NCBI RefSeq assembly: GCF_037042905.1
Contig: NC_087263.1
Location: 11,162,001 to 11,226,000 of the forward strand
Direction: 5' to 3'
Source: Lytechinus pictus
Taxonomy: Eukaryota
Length of the DNA: 64,000 nucleotides
The notes beneath the pieces are model-generated. The model saw only the letters and a list, made by a program, of their open reading frames with translations. It ran no database searches and was not told where the DNA came from. A program made the position numbers and the translations under genes. Shown here piece after piece: positions 12,005-22,752 of the stretch (positions within the stretch are counted from its first letter, which is position 1; the number at the start of each line of letters is the position of its first letter).

Positions 12005-12583
12005 CACTGTTTGAAAAAACAGAAGATTTTTACAGAAGAAAAAAAAAGATTTTACAGAAAGAAATAAACAAATTATTAATAAAATTCTGTAAATTGTTCA
12101 TAACAGAAAATATTTTTTTTTACAATTTTCTACAATCTTACAGAACAGGTCAGTTTAAAAAAGGGGGGGGGGGGAATAGTTTAATACAATAAATTTGTAC
12201 GGTTACATACACGAAATACCAAACTGCACTTTTACACAAATGCATGTAAGACTACACACACTGTAAAATATATTGGGTAAAATTTTTACCACCACGAGGA
12301 TGTGTCCAATCAATTTTGTGCAGTATTTACCCAATGCGGGAAGCATACTGTCTAGTAAGGTTAAACAATATGCAAAATTACTTTAGAAAGGGCAACATTT
12401 TCAACACACTGGATGAATAAAAATGCCGGTATGCCCAAAAGAAATGCCACATGTTGGTTGGACACATAATTACCCTTATGGAGCACTTTTACCCAGTGCA
12501 GTACAGTAAGATTACAGGTGTTCACGAGACTCTGCTGCAGGAATTTTTGTTTCTTTAACTAAAGAAGAAATTTTCTAACAGTA
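12005..12583. mobile_element. CACTA-like MITE containing a nested CACTA-like MITE
   Basis: Ends CACTGTTTGAAAA / TTTTCTAACAGTA with TA on both flanks; internal TTTACAG subrepeats. Confidence 0.7.
12259..12498. mobile_element. CACTA-like MITE (nested)
   Basis: CACTG...CAGTG ends, CA on both flanks, homologous to the 9303 and 40611 copies. Confidence 0.8.
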
Positions 12584-12619
12584 TAGATAAGGATAGTTGA
12601 ACTGGTTGTATAATTTTGT

Positions 12620-14662
12620 TCAGGCCTGAAGAAAAATATGTAGAAAAATACTAGTGCAAAATGATAATATATATTGATGAAGGTGTGAACAAAACTCATC
12701 AATGATTAAGAATGTTAGTAGTATTTAAAGTTTTCTATTCGTGACGTCATATACGGACCGCTGTCTAAATAAAATGCATAAATATTTCAATCTTTTTAAT
12801 GGTTCATGGTGATAGATATACTAAAAGTACAACAAAAACCATTTTTTTTTTAGAAAATGACATTTCGTTGATTTTTTTTACCACGATAATACATGAGGAT
12901 TGAGGAATCTGCTTTCATACTATGACGTTACAAATCAATGAATTTAGATTTTTTTGATAGCATTTATAATTTTGAATGGATTATAATCATACCATTAGCT
13001 ATGTATTTTATCATTTGTTAAGGCCGGGTCACACCGCCCGAGCGTTGTTGGAGCGGTCGTGGAGCGGAGAGAAAAAATCATCACCGCTCGCTACCGTTCA
13101 CCACCGTTTAACCAAAGTTGGCCTCCGTTAAGGCAACGCCGAATACGCTCGGCCACCGCTGATGGTCCCTCCTACCGCTCCGAAAGTTTTGAGCTGCTCA
13201 AAATATTGAGAGCGGTGAGGAGCGGGCAATTTTCCGCTCCAGCAAAGTTGACTACCGCTCTAACAACGCCCAGTCAAAGTTTGGCACCGCTAGACGAAAG
13301 TTCGTGAACGCTTGGGAACCGCTAGGCCAACGCAGAAATATTGAACGCTGGACAACTGCTGCTTCGCCAGCGTTGCCCGGCCGGTGATTAAACGGTTCAC
13401 AAACTTTGGTGGAGCGGTTGTAAGCGTTTTCCGAGCGGACACGGGATTGCTGGAACGGTGCTGGGCGTTAAAGTAGCGATCCATTGCGGTGATGAATCTT
13501 GGTTTAGCGTTGGTATGGAGGTGTCGGAGCGGTACCAGAATTTGGCTATAAATACGGGGAGAAATGAATAAGGAGCCAATTTGGAATCGAAACGGGCTGA
13601 TAATCCATGTTTTTTGCATTTACATGAGAAACGTTTTGATTTCCGTGCATTTCCGTTTAAATTATATCATCATCATTTCGCCCGGTGTCTAAGCTTTAAG
13701 TCAATACCAAATTTAGCTGCCCGTTTTGCCCGTTTTTATGTAAGAGCCGATTTAACTTGAGACATCACCCCAAAAACCTGTTCAAAAAAAAAATTATATG
13801 GTGCAGTCATCGTAGCGCACCGTGTGGGGTGTACATTGCCGTTCATTTTTGCAATTTTGCACGGCGGGGACGATTCGCCTTCCATTCCATGAAATTCCGG
13901 GCATAATGTAAACAAAATGAAGGTTGATAACGCATATAAGGGCTACCCAGCCCTCTTCCAGAGATAAAAGTTACTTGTAGAATAAGTTCAGCCAAAAACC
14001 CTCATCATAGTAAAACATTCGTTGTGTTATTATACTCTGCGTTTTAACCAAGTCTACACAGCTTGATAAAGCACGGTTAATATTTTTCAGATTTTAAAGT
14101 ATTTTTTTAATCTAATGATCATTTTGAGGCCATAAAATTATTTTCAGGATCTCATACACACTTTTTAGGCATGTGAGAAGCATAAACCAACATTCACTCT
14201 GATCAATCTTAAAGTAACACATAACACAAATTTTGGTATCAAAGTGACGTCATATGGGCTTTAAATTATGTTCAGTCGATTCTACGCCCAAAATTACCCT
14301 TAATCTAAATGTTAAAAATAAAAATAAAACACGGAAAATAATTTTGGCGCACTTTCAACTCATTCTGGCCCACTGTGCGACGCCCGCATGCGCAGAACTC
14401 CGCTCTATCAACGCTCGATTCACCGCTAAACCAACGCTCGCCACCGTTAAACCAACGCTAAAGCTACGCTGGCTTCAGCGGTGCACCGCTAAGGCAACGC
14501 CCATGTTTTCGATTTTTCCCCAATTTTGTGAGCGGTGACGAGCGTTGTCGAAATTCGACCCTCTCTCCCTACCGCTCCACGACCGCTCCAACAACGCTCG
14601 GGCGGTGTGACCAGGCCTTTATGCTATGTTACAATAAAGCTTTGTCAGGGTGAATTTCCCCT
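12620..14662. mobile_element. Old Kolobok-like non-autonomous element split by the 13021-14618 insertion; left boundary uncertain
   Basis: Right end GGGTGAATTTCCCCT|TTAA; internal GTGACGTCATA/ATGACGTTAC motifs like those in the other TTAA elements in this window. Confidence 0.45.
13021..14618. mobile_element. PIF/Harbinger-like non-autonomous DNA transposon (1.6 kb)
   Basis: 47-bp near-perfect TIR AGGCCGGGTCACACCGCCCGAGCGTTGTTGGAGCGGTCGTGGAGCGG; TSD TTA at 13018-13020 and 14619-14621; ACCGCT/AACGCT subterminal repeats; no transposase ORF. Confidence 0.92.
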
Positions 14663-14925
14663 TTAATGGATCCCGCATTATCATGATTATATCCATGTTC
14701 CTTATGTTCCTTGATCATTTTGATGAATCGTAGTAGATGAGGATGACCTTTCGAGAATTTGCCTGATGGGACATCATGAAGTGCCCGTCTTTATGAAACA
14801 CTGAAATACGTTACTAGGTTACGCTAGTAAAATAAAGAGGCTTTGATAGGAGGAAATTATGATTTGTTAACAAATTTTTCAGCATTACTCCTATATTTTT
14901 AAGATTGGTATGCTCGATCTGTTAG

Positions 14926-15005
14926 AAAAAAATTGACCCAATGGGATTCGAACCCGTCATCTACTGCTTGCCGGGCAGCGACTCAACCACCAGGCTATTC
15001 TGGTT
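14926..15005 (-). pseudogene. tRNA-like Pol III unit (Ala-GGC-like anticodon loop, defective acceptor stem) with a T7 terminator
   Basis: Minus strand: TAGCCTGGTGG (A box), GCTGC-CCGGCAA-GCAGT anticodon-like arm, GGTTCGAATCC (B box), then TTTTTTT. Confidence 0.7.
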
Positions 15006-15776
15006 CACGGCTATGCCACGATGAAGTGGAATTCATATACCCTCGATCCTCTTCTTTCTGACTCATTAATATGCAAATGCCGTCCGCCGTGGTCAATAGA
15101 TAGTAAATAAAGAGGTTACGTTACCTTAGAATTTCCAAGATGGCGTCACAGATTCGATGCGATTTGATTTCTATTATTTTCTTGAAATGGAGCGGAATGG
15201 TACAGACAGAACAAATCCTGAAGACGGTAAGTATCCTTGAGAAAAACAAAACCATCATGCGTAAACCATGCCACCATTCATCCAACCAAGTTGCCCAAAT
15301 GAAGTTTTGGAGTATCAATGAGTTTGAAAAAGCACATCCTAACCTTTGAAATGATGTATAACTTGCCAAAATTGATCGGGGGGGGGGGGGCGTCAAATAT
15401 ATTGCTGTACACATGCGTAACCACACAAAAAATGCGTTTAAAGGGGTGGGTTTTTTCAGTTTTGGACGCGGGCCGGTCAATCGCGGGGTCAACCGTATTT
15501 TAGAGTATTTTTTTCAAAGTGTTAAGTGTATTTATTTTCCATGTAGGTAGGTTAAATGCGTTTGTCCCCTGGAAAGATCAAACCTCAAGATGTTGATGGA
15601 CCTGAATCCACCGACGGGACAGCCGTAACCCCGTAACTCTAGTACGGGTGTGGTAGGGGGCTCTTCTTTCTTTGCCTGTCTCTCTTTCAGTCATTTCAAA
15701 TCAGTTTTTTTTCTTATCTTATCACTTCTTGATCACATAAATCCCTTCTCACTCCGTCTTTACTTTATGGGTCAAT

Positions 15777-17170
15777 GGGTGCGTTTATCCGCCACTTTTT
15801 CACCCTAGAATCATGATCTGAATCATGATTCAAATCATGATTCTGCAGAATCACGATTGCGTTTAGGGTGCGTTTATCCGACACTTTTTTACCCTAGAAT
15901 CATGATTTGAATCATGATTCAAATCATGATTCTGCAGAATCACGATTGCGTTTAGGCTGCGTTTATCCGACCTCAAGCCAGAATCGTGATTTGAATCATG
16001 ATTGGAATCATGATTCAAATCACAAACATGAATCACAATTACTACAGAATCAGGGTTTCTGTTTCACTGTTTCTCCTCGGATTCGGACCGATCCAGTGCG
16101 CATCACAGTGCGCAGTTTGACCCAGGAAGTATAGGTCAACGTTGGACACTTAATTGGAGGTCGGCGACGTACATGTGATGTGACAACGTGGGGCGCGCGC
16201 CTTGGCAAGAACCGGAAATAGCTCGACACAATGACGTCATATAATCATGATTCAAATCACGATATCGTTTATCCGAACATTTTCGTACGTGATTCTGCAG
16301 AAACGTCTTTCCAAACGCCCTTTTTTTCGTAGTTCATGTTTGTGATTCTAATCATGATTATATTCAATTTCGACTAAACGCAATCGTGATTCTGCAGAAT
16401 CGTGATTTGAATCATGATTGGAATCATGATTATAGGGTAAAAAAGTGGCGGATAAACGCACCCTTAGTCGAAATTGAATATAATCATGATTAGAATCACA
16501 AACATGAAACACGAAAAAAGGGGCGTTTGGAAAGACGTTTCTGCAGAATCACGTACGAAAATGTTCGAATAAACGATATCGTGATTTGAATCATGATTAT
16601 ATGACCTCACTGTGTCGGGCTACTTTCGGTTTGACTCTTGCCAAGCTCAGCTCATTGTATGTACATGATTACTCTGCATGCATTTCTTGTCATGTCCAAG
16701 TTCTGTGTTGGTCATCGCATCGTCCACTACTTTTCATTTTTTGGTCATGTCTTCAACTTCAAGTTCTAGTAAATGAATTAACTGGACAGACAACGATCTC
16801 AGTTGTTGTTGAGTATAGAGTGTCAATATTAAATTGGATCTACGCTGAAATTCACTTCCGAACACCATTTTTGATAAATTAACAAGATGAATAGAAGCAC
16901 ATGGACCCTATATGATAGAAGTAAATAAAATTAGGTATTCTGGAAGCAAAAGATTTTTCGAGAGCCGAAGCACGTGCGAAAAACTTCCTCTGCCAAACTG
17001 CGCACTAGTGATGCGCACTGGATTGGCCCGAATCTGAGGAGAAACAGCATTGGAATGAAGGTCGTCTAAACGCTGATTCTGTGATATCGTGATTCATGTT
17101 TGTGTTTTGAATCATGATTCGAATCATGATTCAAATCATGATTCTGGCTTGAGGTCGCATAAACGCAGCC
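15777..17170. mobile_element. PIF/Harbinger-like MITE (outer copy) with AATCATGATT subterminal arrays
   Basis: Ends GGGTGCGTTTATCCG / CGCATAAACGCAGCC; AAT on both flanks (15774-15776 and 17171-17173). Confidence 0.85.
15955..16463. mobile_element. Same-family MITE inserted in inverted orientation inside the outer copy
   Basis: Ends GGCTGCGTTTATCCG / CGGATAAACGCACCC; TSD TTA at 15952-15954 and 16464-16466. Confidence 0.88.
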
Positions 17171-18386
17171 AATATAACCCCAGAAAATATATCTTAGGCA
17201 CTGAGAATATTGGAAATGTAACTAATCAAAAAAAAAGGGGGGGAAAAGCTTAATGTATATCACAAATGGTGCTTGTTACACTAAGAATTCAAAGTACCGA
17301 AAAACTTGTTAAAACGTTATCCTCTCTTGTTAGAATGATTTTCTTTTATATAATATCTCATAGATCGTCGATCAACAACCTTATCTTTTTCGGGAAGTAA
17401 TCCCCCTATTGTTTGCTGATATCTTATTCCTCAGTTTTTTGTTTCATATGTATTTAAATTGTTTTTTTGTGTGTGAATATACAATAAATAATAAAAAAAA
17501 GTAATATAAAAATATTAATAATAAATAAAATTGTTACCCTACTTTTCATACAGTGGGTGGCAAAAATAGTCAATCATGACTTATTGCCAAATAAAAACAA
17601 GGAATGGAATGGAATGGATGTATTTTTCCTCCAAGCTTTTCCCGGGGTCATATTCCGACGACAATTTGCTTAGGGGCCAAAATGTGTAAATTAAAGCCCG
17701 CGAAAAACTTGTTTAGGGGGTTATTTTGCACACAGAGGAAAACTCGTTTAGGGGTGTTTGGAAATAATAATTTTGGTCACGCATGTGTACAGCAATACAT
17801 TTGACTCCCCCCCCAAAAAAAAAAAAAAAAAAAAAAAACAAGTACTTGATTGAATGCATAAGAAACTAAGCGAGAGCATTCACAAATGTGAGAGAAACGG
17901 TGGTCGAAGTTCGGGGTTCACTCTAATTGTTCACACTGTACAATCTCAATGAAACTTCCAAGCGGTCCACAGAAAACCTGTCTCAAAGAAACTCATGTAT
18001 CTTGTTTTCTATTGACTTTTACAACTTGAAATTTTGACAGTCTGAAGAGGAAGATTACTCTCTCAAATAAGCTAGGATTTAATTTTTGCTTTTAGCTTTA
18101 ATAGCTAACTGCAAATCATATCAGTTTGGCAGCTCACATACAAAAACAGATCCATAAAAAACATCGAAAACTCTTTTTATCAAGTTGATCTACACATACT
18201 AGAAATCTCCAGGAACTGCATGCCCACTTGTTTTTATTTTTCAGAAGTGGGCCGATCATAGGTCACCTCCAGTTTACCCCGTCTTATTTTTCTTGAACAA
18301 ATAGGAACAATCAAGCCATAAGCCGTTCTGCAAATATGGTCCTGGCCCCGGACGCGTGCCGAACTTTGAGAGGATTATAAAGAGTT

Positions 18387-18549
18387 CTGGGCCCCCGTAA
18401 CACAAAGGTTAGTGATCAGTCGATAATTTGTAAGAGCGATTCTGATTAGTTCCTCGACAGTCTAATGAGCAAAAAGCGCATGCAACGATGATCTTGATAG
18501 GCCATTTCATTTAGCGATTAATTGCTAACCTTTGTGTTACGTGGCCCAG
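18387..18549. mobile_element. MITE (Harbinger-like ends)
   Basis: TIR CTGGGCCCCCGTAACACAAAGGTTAG / CTAACCTTTGTGTTACGTGGCCCAG. Confidence 0.8.
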
Positions 18550-19193
18550 GTTAGATCACGTTGATCATGTTGATAGAGAGAGAGAGAAAAAAAAACACGA
18601 GCGAAAAAAAGATGTGGTAGAGAGAGAATAAAAGAAGAACTTGATCAGAAGAGAGAGAGAGAGATAAAGAGAGAGGGGGAGAGAGAGAATGAAGGGGGAG
18701 GTGTGGCAAATTAGTAGTCAGGACACAGGAACAGAAAATATATAATGCAAGCAAGGAACATAATCATTCATTTGGCTTTTATTCAAACCTAATGATTAGC
18801 ATATTTACTTTTTATTTGCTATGATTTACATGAATTATTGCAGCAGTCTTTTTCATCTATTTCATGTATTTTACACTGTCAAAGACTTTTTTATAGTGTT
18901 TATTGTAATCATTAAACTTCAATCATTATAGTAATGATTTTGAGCAAATCTTATTTCATTCTGATGACGAAACACCGAAAATGAAGTTGTGGCACGTTTA
19001 CCTGTCCACATATATGTAGCTAAAAAGAAAGCCGGCATATGCATCATTACAATGTGCTGTTGAAGAGCTCGCCGATGGCATTTACTGTAAACATGGTAAA
19101 AGCATTTTTAATATCACCACAAACTAAACTACGAAGGTAAAGATTATGACAACCATTTATACCAATTTGTGGGCACGGGATTATGTCAATTAG

Positions 19194-19721
19194 AGGGGTA
19201 CTCCGGGCTGAAAATTCATCAAAGTCTTTTGTACGAAATAATGAAGTTATTGAATATCAAAGTTTAGCAATATTTTTTGAAAACATTTACAACAATGCAT
19301 GTCGTCATGAATATTCAATAAGTGGGCTGTGATGATGTCATATCCCCACTTTTCTTTTTCAATATAAAACCATAATTATTTCGTTTTGCTGTAAATTGCC
19401 TGCATATATGATGTCTCCCTTCCATCAAAATAAACAATGATCTGCAATAATCTGACAATCCATTTGTTATTCTTAGTAAATAACATTTACATGAACATGA
19501 TTTCATATTTAAAAAATGCGAAAACAGTAAGTGGAATATGACATCTTGAGCTTGCTTATTGCATATTCCCGAAGATATGCACATAACTGTTTCATCGAAA
19601 TAACGCACAACTTTAAAATGTCATTACTTTGTTCGATTGTGATGGAATTTCCAGTGTTTTGTTTGTCTGGTTTTCCTTCATCTGTTCAAATCATAAAATA
19701 TTTCCAACCTGGAGTACCCCT
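19194..19721. mobile_element. Kolobok-like non-autonomous element
   Basis: TIR AGGGGTACTCCGGGCTG / CAACCTGGAGTACCCCT; degenerate TTAA flanks (TTAG and TGAA); internal similarity to 22013-22619. Confidence 0.75.
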
Positions 19722-20577
19722 TGAAGCTTTACAAAATATCGAACAACCACGACAACTAGAGGGTAACGCCGCAGTCGTACCCCCAATGAAACCGACCTCG
19801 AACAGACCGATGGTCTGCCCCCAAAAAGCGTAGTAGTTTTGATCGGGGCTGGGGTCGGTTTCACTAACATGGTGGGTGTGACTACCACCCAATGCCAATG
19901 CCTCGTACATTATGCATGCTATGTATTCAATGAATGTGAAAATAAGGTGCTTAAATCTGAGGCACCTATATTGTTATATTCCTGATGTCTAACCTGAGAG
20001 AAGAAAAGGCTGACTTGATTCTTCTGGCGTTCTTACAAAAAGTTCTAATCCCTTATCCACCGGATGTAATAGATACTGCCCCCGGTGATGATGGCTGAAC
20101 GACCCATCTTTATAGCCGACCTCAGGCCAAATTTCAATCGGCATTATCAGTTGGGCTTCAAATGGGGGACTACTTACCCTTCTCAAAGTTCAAGTGGCTT
20201 CTTTGTTGGTGGAAGATTAACATTTCCATGGGTCCTTTACCTGAGCTGCTTTTGGCCCGTGGGGACGCCGCGATGTGGCTTCTATGCCAATTAATGTCTG
20301 ATTGCTTGTCGCGAAAACTAATTGGGGATAGAGTCAAGATGACCAAATTAAGGAGGAAGAGTGTAGGATAGCATGGCGTCCACCAATTCCAATCTTCTTT
20401 TGGGGGCTATTCATTGGTTGAAGTGGCGCTTCCGAAATGTAATTTGGTAAGGATAATGAAACTACAGGTTGATGCAAGTTTTAACCGCAGAAAGAGGGCA
20501 AAACAAAAAGCAAATTTTGTTAACTCATTTTACTTGTTAGACAAAACTGTGCTGCTGCTGCACTATTATCAAAAAGT

Positions 20578-20765
20578 TCTCTCCTTCTTCTTCTCTGTCT
20601 CTTTCTTCTTCTCCTTCTTCTTCTTCTCCTTCTCCTCCTTCTTCTTCTCCGTCTCTTTCTCCTTCTTCTTCTTCTTCTACTTCTTCTTCTTCTTCTTCTT
20701 CTTCTATACTACTACTACTACTACTACTGCTACTACTACAGTAACTACCACTACTACTAGACGGC

Positions 20766-20811
<46 letters not shown>

Positions 20812-20830
20812 CACCACCACCACTACTTCT
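20578..20830. repeat. Compound (CTT)n-(CTA)n-(CCA)n microsatellite
   Basis: Direct inspection; it generates the poly-E/S/F/T ORFs in the track. Confidence 0.95.
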
Positions 20831-21979
20831 TGCGCTACAAGAACTTCCCAATGCAAGTTCTATATCGTGGTCCATGGTTCTATTTGAGGCAGTGGTGATT
20901 TTTAATCTTGGTCCGGCCATGGTTCTATTCGAGACAGTGGTGATTTTTAATCTTTTTTCGTTTCAACTTCATTTTTTTATTCTATGCAATGAACATTTTA
21001 TTCTAAATGCGAATTAATGTGAATTTTAGAAACATTAAGAGCGAACAAGGACAAGGACCCAGTCGCACATAGAGGGAGGGGTTATATTTGTCTTTGGCAT
21101 GTCTGTTAGTATACATGTAGACACTAGTATGGAGTCCTAACAATAACCAATGTGCTATATCGTTGTGAAAATACGAGACTTGGGAGTTTCGAAATGGAAT
21201 TGACTGAATGAGACAAAACAAATGGAAGGGGAAGAATTTAGTCTTAACCGTGTTAACGAAGCGATAGAGTTTGGGAGGCGAAAGAGAGAAGGGATAGAGG
21301 GGGTCAAAGGGAGACATTTGGGTCGATATGATAAATAAGGATATGAAAAGGGGAGTGGCGTATACAATGGAAATGCCCTGGATACGAAAGATACCAACAA
21401 ACTATTTACTCGTTATCTCCAGATAATAGCCGAGTCGCGTGCCTGTACGGGTCCAGTGCTTGACGACCAATAGGCTATAATCCTCCCATTGTCAAGCGCC
21501 GAGGCGGCACTGCGAGGAATGCCCTTTGTCCGGCTCGAGAGGCCTTGTCCCCCTATCGATCGGTTAGTTCAACAACTTTGGCTAGGTGCTTGATCGGAAA
21601 AGCATGGCTTCATTCGAAAGGCATGTACACCATGTTCACAAATACCTGATAAACACAGTGATCCGACCGGTGCCTTTATCATATCGGCTTTCATGACCAC
21701 AGCGAAAGATCTTAACTTTACCCCCAAATTTCGTGCGTCATTTTCTTGAGCTCAAGCTGAAAAGGCAAAATTAAAAAAGGAGCCAACAACCTGAGAGTGA
21801 TAAAGAATTTGAAAATTTTACTTCATAAACTGACGCTGATCTTAAAATTTTTAACAGTTTGTGTTCTGGCATAGTTTGAGGAAGCTAAACATCTTGAAAT
21901 AATGAAAAAGAAAATAGCTGAAAATAGTAGATCTACTGCAGGAAAACACGATCAATCGACAACACGAATAACCATACAT

Positions 21980-22752
21980 GGTGGGTGTTTCATAAAGCTT
22001 TTTGTCAGTTAAAGGGATGGTCAAGGCTAAATATATTTATATATATCAATAAATAGAGTAAAATTCAAAAAGCAAAATGCTAAAAATTTGATCAAAATCG
22101 GATAACAAATTACAAAGTTATTGAATTTTAAAGATTTGCATTATTCCGGTGAAACAGTTCTAGGCATGTCTTTATGAAAATTCATTAGGTTGGCTGATGA
22201 TGTCATATCCCCACTTGTTCTTTTGTATTTTATTTTATGAAATTAGGTTTATTAAAAAAAAATTCTACCAAGAATTAAAACAATTGGATTGACAGGTGAT
22301 TAAGTGCATTAGTTATTTACTGCCGCAACTTATTTTATCATAATGGAGACATATCATTTACACATGCATGAAAAAATGAAACATTTATGATTTCATGTAA
22401 TAGCACAAGAAAAAGGAAAGTGGGGATGTGACATCATCAGCCCACCTTATGGATATTCATGACGATGAGCATATAACTGTTTTCACAAAATATTGATGTA
22501 CTTTAACATTCAATAACTTTGTTATTTGTTATCCGATTTTGATGGAATTTTCTGCATTTTGCTCTGTGAATTTTACTTTATTTACTTAGATATAAATATT
22601 TTCAGCCCGGACCATCCCTTTAAGAACGACTGGTGAAGCTTTCTTACGCGATAAACCATCACTAATGAACATTTTGGTGTATACCAAAAAAGGATCACCA
22701 GTCGTTCTTAAAGTCGATCTTAACTTACGCACAGCTTTATGAAACACCCACC
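21980..22752. mobile_element. Short MITE (Harbinger-like) split by a Kolobok-like insertion
   Basis: TIR GGTGGGTGTTTCATAAAGCT / AGCTTTATGAAACACCCACC; internal inverted repeat TAAGAACGACTGGTGA / TCACCAGTCGTTCTTA. Confidence 0.85.
22013..22619. mobile_element. Kolobok-like non-autonomous element
   Basis: TTAA|AGGGATGGTC...GACCATCCCT|TTAA; long imperfect subterminal inverted repeats. Confidence 0.88.

Larger units (their letters stand above)
15377..17814. mobile_element. Probable G-run-ended TIR element enclosing the Harbinger-like nest (alternatively two separate ends of one family)
   Basis: (G)nCGTCAAATATATTGCTGTACACATGCGTAACCA at 15378-15423 is an inverted match to TGGTCACGCATGTGTACAGCAATACATTTGACT(C)n at 17774-17814. 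Confidence 0.6.

Noticed and set aside
15800..16600. CRISPR-like or satellite array of AATCATGATT units
   Set aside because: There are no unique spacers; these are subterminal repeats of a eukaryotic MITE.
20414..20920. Poly-F/T and poly-S/E ORFs
   Set aside because: Products of the (CTT)n(CTA)n microsatellite.
19740..21400. Possible exons or retroelement ORF1 among the short ORFs
   Set aside because: No recognisable domain or consistent frame. It cannot be excluded without a BLASTX search.
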